From: a virus
Lineage: Duplodnaviria; Caudoviricetes
IMG/VR virus record: IMGVR_UViG_3300005841_000939
Direction: 5' to 3' (one strand)
DNA: 64,000 nucleotides
The notes beneath the pieces are model-generated. The model was not told where the DNA came from and made no database searches. It was given only the letters and a program-made list of their open reading frames with translations. A program made the translations under genes and the position numbers. This document shows, one piece after another, positions 38,775 through 47,624 of this stretch; the first letter of the stretch is position 1; each line of letters opens with the position of its first letter.

Positions 38775-39170
38775 ATGAAAAGTAAAAAGTTAGTAACAGC
38801 GACAAAAGTAACCAATAGTGATCCATATATTGAAGCTGAAAATGATCCAAGAATCACTCCAAAAAGAACAAAGAAGGTTGCACTTGAACCTCTTGAAGAT
38901 AATGTAATTGTTCAAAAAATTGAAATTTCAAGAACAATTTCCCAAGGTGGAATTTTTATTCCAGAATCAGCTTCAAAAGAAAAACCACAACAAGCTACTG
39001 TAATTGCTGTTGGTCCTGGTCGCTATCTTCAAAATGGTCAATTAGTAAAATCAGTACTAAAGCCTGGAGATACTATTATAATGGGTCGTTTTGGTGGCAC
39101 AGATGTTACCGTAGAAGGTGATCTTTTGACAATCATCAAAGAACAAGACATAGTTGCTAAAGTTGTCTAA
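38775..39170 (+). CDS. groES: GroES-type co-chaperonin
   Basis: PLEDNVIV, GGIFIPESA.KEKPQQATVIAVGPGR, GDTII..RFGGTDV, IIKEQDIVAKV; about 35-aa basic N-terminal extension. Confidence 0.93.
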   Translation: MKSKKLVTATKVTNSDPYIEAENDPRITPKRTKKVALEPLEDNVIVQKIEISRTISQGGIFIPESASKEKPQQATVIAVGPGRYLQNGQLVKSVLKPGDTIIMGRFGGTDVTVEGDLLTIIKEQDIVAKVV

Positions 39171-39181
39171 ATAATAATAAT

Positions 39182-39784
39182 ATGAAGTTCAATCGCTATG
39201 TAGATTTAGAAGAAGGTAAAGATAATATTTCATTACCTAAACTCTGGCTACATGGCGATAGGAATAAAAGAACTTCATTTAAAGATCAAAAAATGGATCG
39301 TGATCCATATGGGAATGATTCTCCAAATGAAAGCGGTCCGGGTATTTATTTTACACAGCTATTAAGTGAAGCTAGAAATTATGCTGCACCTGATGGGTTT
39401 ATCTATCAATGTGAAATAACACCAAATAAAGTTCTTACTTTAAATACAAAAAACTCTAAAATAGCTATTGAAAAATTGATTAGTTGGGCTGAACCAGAAA
39501 ATCTTAAAAAATATTTGGAAAATTGGGATGAAAATCCCAAATTAGCGTTTAGAAAAGCAGTTTCAAACATGGTTAATCATTATTCAAAATTAATTGATGC
39601 CGCTTGGACTATTTCTAATGATGAGTATGCATATGATCCTAACGGTTGGGCAAATTCAATGCTAAACTTGGGATATGATGCATTTTATAACGAAAAACGT
39701 GATCATTTAATTGTTTACAATCCTAAAATTATTAGAATTGTAAAAGAAATACCATATGGTACTGAAAACGACGAAGAACTTTAA
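39182..39784 (+). CDS. ADP-ribosyltransferase-like protein (ART-PolyVal-type pattern)
   Basis: WLHG....F, GPGIYFT..LSEARNYA, GFIYQCEI; C-terminal LGYDA....DHLIVYNP..I. Confidence 0.55.
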   Translation: MKFNRYVDLEEGKDNISLPKLWLHGDRNKRTSFKDQKMDRDPYGNDSPNESGPGIYFTQLLSEARNYAAPDGFIYQCEITPNKVLTLNTKNSKIAIEKLISWAEPENLKKYLENWDENPKLAFRKAVSNMVNHYSKLIDAAWTISNDEYAYDPNGWANSMLNLGYDAFYNEKRDHLIVYNPKIIRIVKEIPYGTENDEEL

Positions 39785-40200
39785 GCTTCTTCGGTTGAAT
39801 AAATTTCAGGATGATCAAGACCGAACATATAGACTAAATCAGCAGCCTTAGTATTGGCTTCATCTTCCAATTGTTTATTGCGACCTTGCATTTTTTCTGG
39901 AATTCTTTTATCTTCATCTTGCTTATAATGCACTAATTCATGTGCAAGGGTTCTAAAGAAATCTGCCATTGCACGGCCAAGTTTTAAAACAGATACTTCC
40001 TTATCTTTAGGATCATAGCAACCAAATGTCATTCCTTCTTTTCTTTTAGAAAGAATTTTTATTGAAGGTAACTGCTTTATACCCAAGTTTTTAGCTACAA
40101 ATCTTATAAACAATGTTTGAAGGTCTGGTGTGGTATCTTCAATTTCAACAATTAACTTGACCTCAGCATTTTCAAAAAGTAAACCTAAGTTATTTGTCAT
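39781..40200 (-). CDS. Zincin-like metallopeptidase-domain protein
   Basis: RTLAHELVHYKQ (HExxH) with a downstream EDEAN third-ligand-like Glu. Confidence 0.65.
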   Translation of the reverse strand: MTNNLGLLFENAEVKLIVEIEDTTPDLQTLFIRFVAKNLGIKQLPSIKILSKRKEGMTFGCYDPKDKEVSVLKLGRAMADFFRTLAHELVHYKQDEDKRIPEKMQGRNKQLEDEANTKAADLVYMFGLDHPEIYSTEEA

Positions 40201-40209
40201 AGTAATTCT

Positions 40210-40217
40210 TATTTATA
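40210..40217 (-). promoter_or_regulatory. T4-type late promoter TATAAATA
   Basis: Exact motif 9 nt upstream of the ATG at 40200. Confidence 0.75.
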
Positions 40218-40270
40218 TTTTTTAGTTTGATTTATGATACAAAGTGTGTAGTTGTTAGAGTTCAATACAT

Positions 40271-41041
40271 ATGCCAAATGCAATTTTGTTTCACGGAACG
40301 ACATCTCATTTTTTAGATTCTATTGAAAAGGAAGGATTAATACCATTTCCTAAAAATAGAATTTATAGTTTCCATGATGGATCAATTGATTGTTTTAGTA
40401 AAAAAAGTTTAGGTGGAGTGTATCTAACATCTAAACGCGAATCAGCAAAACATGCTGCTGATATTGCATGTGACAGAATCCAAGATGGAAATCCTATAAT
40501 ATTTCAAATTTCAGTTAATTTAAATGATGTTATTGCTGATGAGGATGAAATAACCCCAGGAATAGATCAAGCATGGTATGAGACTGTCTCGTATATGAAA
40601 CATAACTCAAATAATATGGGTGCTATATTAGCTGAAATACAAAATTCATCCTCAGATCATTTTAAACTTAGACATAATTTTATGAATTCACTTCATGCAT
40701 TCATTGGTGAAGGTGATGAAAGAAATGATGAATTATTAGAAAATACATTTTATGGATTAATAAGATTGAAATGTGCTCATTCGCATCATATAGATAAAAA
40801 ACATTTTTGTATTCAATATCAATCACATAATAAATTTTTTAGAAATCATAATGAAGAATTTTCAACATTAGAAGATGAAGAAGATAAGTTTCAGATAATT
40901 GTTGATAAGTTAACAAAACATTATGTTGGATATATCAAAAGCGCATTAGATACTAATTGGTTAGGAATAACCACTTGCCGAACATTACAAACCATTCCAT
41001 GGGAAACTGATAGAGATACAAAAATAATCAAGTTTGAATAA
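40271..41041 (+). CDS. ART-fold protein (Tpt1/KptA- or PARP-like N-terminal motif)
   Basis: LFHGTT..FLDSIEKEGLIP, GGVYLTS....AKHAA, PIIFQISV. Confidence 0.55.
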   Translation: MPNAILFHGTTSHFLDSIEKEGLIPFPKNRIYSFHDGSIDCFSKKSLGGVYLTSKRESAKHAADIACDRIQDGNPIIFQISVNLNDVIADEDEITPGIDQAWYETVSYMKHNSNNMGAILAEIQNSSSDHFKLRHNFMNSLHAFIGEGDERNDELLENTFYGLIRLKCAHSHHIDKKHFCIQYQSHNKFFRNHNEEFSTLEDEEDKFQIIVDKLTKHYVGYIKSALDTNWLGITTCRTLQTIPWETDRDTKIIKFE

Positions 41042-42845
41042 CTTGCTTGCATTCTTGAATTTGATCTAACTTAGTAAATCCACCCTCTTTTTTCAAGTGG
41101 ACAATAGTATTAAAATTATCCTCAGAAATTTCTTTCTTGTGAGTGATAACATATGTTGCCAGTTCAGGATCCATTGTCTTAAAGTCTGATTTCAAGAATG
41201 TCATCAATGAGTAGATGCCATCTGAGCACATAGAGCTATCACAAACTTCATCCAAGAACAAAATATTGCAATCAACACTACTTTGTGACTTAGCAATAGA
41301 AATGATGCTAAACATAAAGGCTAAATCAATTCTCTTCTGTTCTCCACTTGAAAAGTTGCTGTAACCAAATTCTTCGCCACGTTTGGTTTTGAAAACTTCT
41401 TCAAGATCATGATTAAATGAAATTTTGTAATTAGCACCAAAATGAGAAAGATATTCATTCATCTTTTTATTGATGACCGGAATTATTTTTTTAATAACCC
41501 AAGTCTTAATGCCATTATCGCCAAATACATCTTTTAAGAAATCATTATATTTTAAAGAATTTTCAGAAGCTGCTACCTCAGCAATTTTTTCATCAAGAAT
41601 TACCTTAGCTTTATCAATCATTTCTTGTGTGATTGTCTGTTTGAATGATGCTGTTTTTACATTTTCTTTGTTAAAAGAGTCGTTTAAAGATTCCAATCTT
41701 TCTTCTAAACGAGACAAGTCTTTTTTAAACTCTCTTTGAAGGCTAATAGTGTTACTTATTTTATTAAGTTTTTCTTGAACTTCTTTTTGTTTCTCTTTAA
41801 AACCGAGAATCTTCTGAGCGATTTCTTTATTTTGTGTAAGTAATTCTTCTTTTCTTGCTTCCAGATCAGATAAATGCTTTTTTGCATGATCGCCATCGGT
41901 TGGACTATTGCATGAAGGGCATATTGGATTATCAAGAAGAGTGCGAATCTTTTGAGGAATTGACTGTACTTCAGTTTGACCTAAATCAAATTTAGCTTTA
42001 TATTTTGCAATAGCTTCTAATATTTTATCTTTCATTTCTTCAAGCTTTGCGTGCTTTTCAGAATAATCAATATCACATATTTGTTCAGCTTTCTCTTCAA
42101 TAGCTTTTTTTGTTGTTTCTATTTGTTTAAGGATTGATGCTTTCGCAGCTTCGTGATCAATGTGCCACTTCTTGATCATATCAGCATATGACTCAAACAT
42201 AGAAACTTGCTGATTGTAGTTTTCTCTTATTAACTTCAATTCAGCAGATGAAATCTTTAATAGACTTCTACTTTCATTGTAATCCTTACGAGAAATATCT
42301 AACATCTTGCCATATATGCATAAATTGTTGATGTCTTCAAATAATGACCGCTTTGATGCAATAGGCATTTTAAAGAATGGAATACTATAATTAATATTAA
42401 CCGCAATTATGTATTTAAATGTAGTAAATGAAATACCAATCAAATTTTGAATAACTTGTTGATCTTCACGTTTACTTGAACGTTCTTCATCTTGATGATC
42501 TTTTTTCTTTGCTACTGAAAGATCAATTAATCTGACATAACCAGGTTTCAATCCTCGTTCAATAGCATAATCTTTGTTATTAATTGAGAATGTTAGTCTA
42601 ACTTCACATTCATGTTCATTAACTGAATTGACTATCTTATCATTATTTAATTCTCGTAGAGTCTTCCCATATAATGCCCAAACAATAGCCTCACAAATAG
42701 TAGATTTTCCTACACCATTTGATGTGGTTTGGCCAATAACCTTACCCATAATGGCGTGTAGACCAGTCGTAAAGTTTAAAATAAATGGAACATTGCCAAC
42801 TGATAAGAAATTTTTAATCTCTATTGATTTGAAGTATATTTTCAT
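41028..42845 (-). CDS. gp46: Recombination endonuclease ATPase subunit (Rad50/SbcC-like)
   Basis: IKNFLSVGN, NGVGKST, coiled coil with CPSC hook, FSSGEQKRIDLA, LFLDEVCD. Confidence 0.95.
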   Translation of the reverse strand: MKIYFKSIEIKNFLSVGNVPFILNFTTGLHAIMGKVIGQTTSNGVGKSTICEAIVWALYGKTLRELNNDKIVNSVNEHECEVRLTFSINNKDYAIERGLKPGYVRLIDLSVAKKKDHQDEERSSKREDQQVIQNLIGISFTTFKYIIAVNINYSIPFFKMPIASKRSLFEDINNLCIYGKMLDISRKDYNESRSLLKISSAELKLIRENYNQQVSMFESYADMIKKWHIDHEAAKASILKQIETTKKAIEEKAEQICDIDYSEKHAKLEEMKDKILEAIAKYKAKFDLGQTEVQSIPQKIRTLLDNPICPSCNSPTDGDHAKKHLSDLEARKEELLTQNKEIAQKILGFKEKQKEVQEKLNKISNTISLQREFKKDLSRLEERLESLNDSFNKENVKTASFKQTITQEMIDKAKVILDEKIAEVAASENSLKYNDFLKDVFGDNGIKTWVIKKIIPVINKKMNEYLSHFGANYKISFNHDLEEVFKTKRGEEFGYSNFSSGEQKRIDLAFMFSIISIAKSQSSVDCNILFLDEVCDSSMCSDGIYSLMTFLKSDFKTMDPELATYVITHKKEISEDNFNTIVHLKKEGGFTKLDQIQECKQVIQT

Positions 42846-43930
42846 TAATTTTTTAGGGATCTTAAATAAATTTGGTTAGCATATTTTATCAGTTCAGTCT
42901 TATCAAGTCCATCAGGAATATTGATTTGATCAAGAAAAGAATTTATAAACATCTGTGGATCAAAATTATGATCAGTTGTTGCAGCTTCTAGGTCTGAAGT
43001 ATCTAAAGATTCAACTGTCTCATCAAGTATTTCTAAACGACGTGTACCTATAGTATCTATTACATCTAACGCTTCAATTCTTTGTGTAGCATCAGGCGTT
43101 TCATCAAACACTAATTTGACATAATTATCCTTAGCTTTCTGCAAAAGAGACATGTCTTTATTAACTGCTGACCATTTTAAAAGAACGTGCTTAGAACAGT
43201 TCTCTGATTGAATAAATTCCATACTATTTGTTTCAGTATCCCAAATAGTTACACCTTTATCATCACCCCAATCGTTCCAAGTAATTTCATATGGACATCC
43301 AAGGTATTGAATCTTATCAAATGCTCTACGTAAATGGAAGTGTCCACTAAAAGTTTGATCAAATGAATTGAATGCAGTCTGATCTAAACCCTTCTCTTCA
43401 ACAACTCCATTGACAATTTCAAATCCATTGATTTCAAAGTGTCCAAGACATAGGTTAGCAGTCTTTTTACCGGTTGTTTCAAAATCATTTACTATTTTAT
43501 TAAAGCTTTTCCAGCTTCTACTTTCTTCAACAAGCCAAGGTACTGCCAAAACTTTATAACCTTTGAAATTATATCCTTTTATTTGTGTAATTGTTTCAAC
43601 GCGATCATCAAATTTCTTAAACACATTGATAGATGCGACTTCGGTAGTTGTTTTAAAATAAATGTCATGATTGCCAGCTAAAATCTTTATTTCAAGCGTT
43701 GGCTTTGAATCAAGAAGGGCTTGCATAATATCAATTGCAATGCTTTTGACTAACACGCTTACCAATGTTCTTGAATCAAATAAGTCACCAAGAATCCAGA
43801 CAATATCAATGTCTTTTTCTTGAATTATTTTTACTACTTGATTTTTGAAAAAATCTCTCGTCTGATACAAGAAATCTTCATTATTATTTTTTACACCTAG
43901 ATGTATATCGCTTACTAGTAGAAATTTCAT
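42845..43930 (-). CDS. gp47: Recombination endonuclease nuclease subunit (Mre11/SbcD-like)
   Basis: SDIHLG, GDLFD, GNHD, GHFEI, SGHFH, YLGCPYEITWND. Confidence 0.95.
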   Translation of the reverse strand: MKFLLVSDIHLGVKNNNEDFLYQTRDFFKNQVVKIIQEKDIDIVWILGDLFDSRTLVSVLVKSIAIDIMQALLDSKPTLEIKILAGNHDIYFKTTTEVASINVFKKFDDRVETITQIKGYNFKGYKVLAVPWLVEESRSWKSFNKIVNDFETTGKKTANLCLGHFEINGFEIVNGVVEEKGLDQTAFNSFDQTFSGHFHLRRAFDKIQYLGCPYEITWNDWGDDKGVTIWDTETNSMEFIQSENCSKHVLLKWSAVNKDMSLLQKAKDNYVKLVFDETPDATQRIEALDVIDTIGTRRLEILDETVESLDTSDLEAATTDHNFDPQMFINSFLDQINIPDGLDKTELIKYANQIYLRSLKN

Positions 43931-43938
43931 TTAACCAC

Positions 43939-44409
43939 TTATGGTAACAAGTGATCTTCTCTTTTCAACCAATTTTTCTCATGATAGTACTTTTCAACGT
44001 ATGCCTTCTTCATTTCAGCGTGCTTCTTTTCTTTCTTAATGACTTGAATGAAAGCGTTTTTTACGATTTGGGTGCAATATGCGAAAGCATTATCAGATTT
44101 TTCAGGTTTAAAAGATTTACTGTATTTTAATAGGAACAAAATAGCTCTACTTTTCATTTCTTCAAGATAACTATATGAAGAAAAGTTTTTCTTTGTCGCA
44201 TAATTTTCAACTAGGTCCATAAAGATTTCACCAAGACGATCAGTTGCGATACCTTTATCTTTACCATTTTTCTTCTCTGATTCAATATATTTGAGAAGTT
44301 CCTCTTTAAGCTCCTTATTATTAACGCGCTGACGCTTAACAATTTTCATCTTGCCTTTGCCACGCATACGATTTTTTTCTTCTGGTTTTGTAGCTTTGAT
44401 GTCTGTCAT
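43939..44409 (-). CDS. gp55: Late-transcription sigma factor
   Basis: VNNKEL, YATKKNFSSYSYLEEM, FKPEKSDNAFAYCTQIVKNAFIQVIKKEKK; adjacent to gp47/gp46 as in T4. Confidence 0.92.
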   Translation of the reverse strand: MTDIKATKPEEKNRMRGKGKMKIVKRQRVNNKELKEELLKYIESEKKNGKDKGIATDRLGEIFMDLVENYATKKNFSSYSYLEEMKSRAILFLLKYSKSFKPEKSDNAFAYCTQIVKNAFIQVIKKEKKHAEMKKAYVEKYYHEKNWLKREDHLLP

Positions 44410-44457
44410 TTGTTCCCTAATTAAAATTTGTCTTAAATTATTATAATAAAAAAGACT

Positions 44458-44465
44458 TATTTATA
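44458..44465 (-). promoter_or_regulatory. TATAAATA upstream of gp55
   Basis: Exact motif 48 nt upstream of the gp55 ATG. Confidence 0.55.
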
Positions 44466-44482
44466 ACGGAATAGGAACTCCA

Positions 44483-45511
44483 ATGGCTGAATCAAAGAAA
44501 CTGCTTAACTTTCCCTCAGATAAGAATGGGTGTGGTTTCTATCGCACAATTATCCCTTTGGGATATTTGAGTGCAAAACTTGAATGGGATACAACATTTA
44601 TGTATCAATTCGTTTTTGATTTAAATCTTGTTCGCATGTCAGATTGGATCAGATTTCAACGTCAATGTACTGATAATCAAATGCGTTGTATTTGGGAATA
44701 CCGTAATTGTATTGATAAGACAGGTGGAAAATCTAGATTAGCATATGAATTAGATGACTTGGTACATGGAATTGAACCGCATAACGTTTTAGCTTACCAA
44801 TTCTATACACCAAAACGTAGAGAAAATGTTGTCAACATCATGAAAATGTCTAATGTTGTAACCTTTTCAACTCCATTTTTGAAGGATTTTTATCAACAAA
44901 ATTTTGGTATTAATCATTCAGTTGTAATTCCAAACTTTTTGCCAAAGTTCTTATGGAATCCTACATTTACTGATAAATCAGTGGGTGGTAAAAAGCCAAC
45001 TGTAGTTTGGGCTGGATCCGCATCGCATTGTGGTCCTGGTGGCGACTTAGAATTCATGATTCCTATGATTGAAGCAACCGTTGATGAATTTGATTGGCTG
45101 TTTATTGGCGTTGTACCTGAAAAGTTGAAAGGTAAAGTTCGCTTTATGCCATGGGTCAACTTTTGGGAATATCCAAGCATGATGCAAACCGTTCGTGCTG
45201 ACTGCGCTATTGCTCCAATTACAGACACAATTTTTAATATGGCTAAGAGTGATCTTAAATATAAAGAATTCGCTGCAATGAATATTCCTATCATTTGTTC
45301 AAGTATTGGAAATGGTAAAGGTCCATATGATTTGGCAAATGCTCCTTTGCTTGTTCAAAATGATCCTGATGCGTTTTATACAAAAATCAAGGAAGTAACT
45401 GAAAATGCTGCTCTTAAAGCAGATGTTTTAGCAAAACAGAGAGCGTACGTTGAACAAAATTGGTTTGAGAATCAATCCTCAATTGACTTATATGATCAAA
45501 CTTATCGTTGA
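44483..45511 (+). CDS. GT-B-fold glycosyltransferase
   Basis: SDKNGCGFYR..P, YELDDLVH, VTFSTPFL, WAGSASH, IAPI..TIFNMAKSDLKYKEF...IPIICS. Confidence 0.8.
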   Translation: MAESKKLLNFPSDKNGCGFYRTIIPLGYLSAKLEWDTTFMYQFVFDLNLVRMSDWIRFQRQCTDNQMRCIWEYRNCIDKTGGKSRLAYELDDLVHGIEPHNVLAYQFYTPKRRENVVNIMKMSNVVTFSTPFLKDFYQQNFGINHSVVIPNFLPKFLWNPTFTDKSVGGKKPTVVWAGSASHCGPGGDLEFMIPMIEATVDEFDWLFIGVVPEKLKGKVRFMPWVNFWEYPSMMQTVRADCAIAPITDTIFNMAKSDLKYKEFAAMNIPIICSSIGNGKGPYDLANAPLLVQNDPDAFYTKIKEVTENAALKADVLAKQRAYVEQNWFENQSSIDLYDQTYR

Positions 45512-45537
45512 TTGATCTAAAAATCCAACTACAATTG

Positions 45538-45570
45538 AATCCAACTTTACAATAGGTTGGGTTTTTTGTT
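45538..45570 (+). terminator. Intrinsic terminator-like hairpin
   Basis: AATCCAAC...GTTGGGTT followed by TTTTGTT, between the two GT genes. Confidence 0.55.
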
Positions 45571-46956
45571 ATGCGTATTGGTTTTTTAATATCTGATCAA
45601 CATTTTGGCGTTTGTGGTGGTATAGGTCAATTCGCTAAGAGTTTTTGTGAAATGGCTATTCGCCAAGGTTGGGTTGTTGATTTTATTGTTGATAAACCAA
45701 TTAGAAAACGTGAAGGTTCATTAGAAGATACTTTTGAAGCACATCAATTTTTTTATCCAACCAAGCCATTGTCATATGGGACTCACGCAAGCTATTTCCA
45801 GTTTGGTGATTCAATAAATCAAGAAAAAATCATAAATTTCAGAGATTCGGCAGTAAATGCATTGACTCATAATATTTACAATGTCTTTGTTGTAAATACT
45901 CCTGAAGGATTACCAGCATTACATACCCTTTGGGTACATAAACATGTTCCTATTGTATATTACACTCATATTGAAAATATGGTGTTCTTTGATAGTGATC
46001 GTAACGACACATTTCTTGATTCATTTAATCAACAAGTAACCAATTGGTTTACATTGGAGGGTGTTACTGTTGGTACACAGACTGAACAAAATAGAAAAAA
46101 CATTCTAGCAAAATATCCAAAAGCACGCGTGTTATCTTTGCCAATGTTTGTTCCTGAACAAGAGCTTTTGAAAAATAAAGAAACAAAACGTGAAGGTGTG
46201 TTATTCATCGGTAGACACGAACAAAGAAAAAATCCAACATTATTCATAAAAACATTAGTTGATATTAAGAAAAAATATGGTGTTGAATTACTTGCTAAAG
46301 TAATGACACGAGGAACGCATAAAGAAAAGTGGGAAGAAGCATTTGCTGAAGCAGGACTTAAAAACTATATATTGAAATTTGATATTATTGGTAAAGAAAA
46401 AGTTGATTTCATTCAAAGCGCAAAGGTAGCATTCCATCCTTCATTAAGAGAAAGTTTCGGATTTAGTGCCTTTGAAACTCTGCATTCATGCCGAACTATA
46501 TTGATTGAAGAGTTTGCTTGGTGGGAAAATTTTAAAGATTGGCCTAACTTGACTGTTTCTACCAAAGAAAAGGTAGTAGATGATGTTTTTACTCTTTATA
46601 ATTTAGATGCATATGATGCAGAAGAAATTAACAAATATTCAAAAAAAGTATATGACAATACACGATTGGAATGGGGTATGTTTTTTGAAGGTATTTTCAT
46701 GCAAGAAATACTCAATGAATCAGCAAACACATATATGGGAAGAAAAAATCAATTAACTGAATTGATGGATAATAACGATCAAATTAAAGTTTCGGAATAT
46801 TATGCAAATGGATTCCGACAAGATTTATTTGATAAGCTCATGCAGACAAGCAAGAAAAAATATAAGATATTCAATAAAAAAGGATATACTATATTATCAA
46901 ATAAAGACGCGATACGGTATGAAAATAATAATTCAATAACAGATTTGTTTTCTTAA
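45571..46956 (+). CDS. GT4-like glycosyltransferase
   Basis: GGIGQFA N-terminal loop, FIGRHEQRKNP, E-x7-E motif RESFGFSAFETL. Confidence 0.8.
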   Translation: MRIGFLISDQHFGVCGGIGQFAKSFCEMAIRQGWVVDFIVDKPIRKREGSLEDTFEAHQFFYPTKPLSYGTHASYFQFGDSINQEKIINFRDSAVNALTHNIYNVFVVNTPEGLPALHTLWVHKHVPIVYYTHIENMVFFDSDRNDTFLDSFNQQVTNWFTLEGVTVGTQTEQNRKNILAKYPKARVLSLPMFVPEQELLKNKETKREGVLFIGRHEQRKNPTLFIKTLVDIKKKYGVELLAKVMTRGTHKEKWEEAFAEAGLKNYILKFDIIGKEKVDFIQSAKVAFHPSLRESFGFSAFETLHSCRTILIEEFAWWENFKDWPNLTVSTKEKVVDDVFTLYNLDAYDAEEINKYSKKVYDNTRLEWGMFFEGIFMQEILNESANTYMGRKNQLTELMDNNDQIKVSEYYANGFRQDLFDKLMQTSKKKYKIFNKKGYTILSNKDAIRYENNNSITDLFS

Positions 46957-46959
46957 TTC

Positions 46960-46987
46960 TTGACGTGGAATTACAACAATTTAGAAT
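46960..46987 (+). promoter_or_regulatory. Candidate sigma70-type early promoter for the folE operon (TTGACG-N16-TAGAAT)
   Basis: Near-consensus boxes; -10 box ends 9 nt upstream of the folE ATG. Confidence 0.55.
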
Positions 46988-46996
46988 GGATAACAT

Positions 46997-47620
46997 ATGA
47001 CGAAAATTAAAGCAAATGGTAATCAGCCTCTTACTGAAAAAGAATTGGCCAAAAAACAAAAGAAAATGGAAAAGGTCTTTCAAGACTTCTTTAAAGTTCT
47101 TGATTTTGATACAGAAAATGATCCTAATATTAAAGAGTCTTCACAACGCATGGCAAAAATGTGGGTTAGAGAACTCCTTGAAGGTAATTTCTCCGAAGAA
47201 CCAAAAATAACTACTTTTCCAAATCAACAAAACACAGACCAAATGATTATTTCTGGTCCTATCAAGGTTGATTCTGTATGTAGCCACCATGGAATTACAA
47301 TTGCCGGTTCATGCTATATCGCATACATTCCAGGTGACGAAGTTATTGGAATTTCAAAATTCTCAAGAATAGTTCGTTTCTTTAGTCGTCGTATGCAAAT
47401 TCAAGAAGAAATGACACAACAAATTTCTGATTACATACAAAACTTGATGAAGCCTAAGGGAATTATAGTGTTCATGAAGTGTCGTCACTTTTGCGAAATT
47501 GCCCGTGGTGTTAGAGAAGAAAATATCTGGATGACTACTTCATCCGTACAAGGTGTTTTTAAAGAAAACGCATCAGCAAGACAGGAATTCTTTAACTTGA
47601 TTAATGTAGGTAACAAGTAA
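46997..47620 (+). CDS. folE: GTP cyclohydrolase I
   Basis: RMAKMW, Zn ligands CSHH, GISKFSRIVRFFSRRMQIQE, HFCEIARGV. Confidence 0.95.
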   Translation: MTKIKANGNQPLTEKELAKKQKKMEKVFQDFFKVLDFDTENDPNIKESSQRMAKMWVRELLEGNFSEEPKITTFPNQQNTDQMIISGPIKVDSVCSHHGITIAGSCYIAYIPGDEVIGISKFSRIVRFFSRRMQIQEEMTQQISDYIQNLMKPKGIIVFMKCRHFCEIARGVREENIWMTTSSVQGVFKENASARQEFFNLINVGNK

Positions 47621-47624
47621 TACA

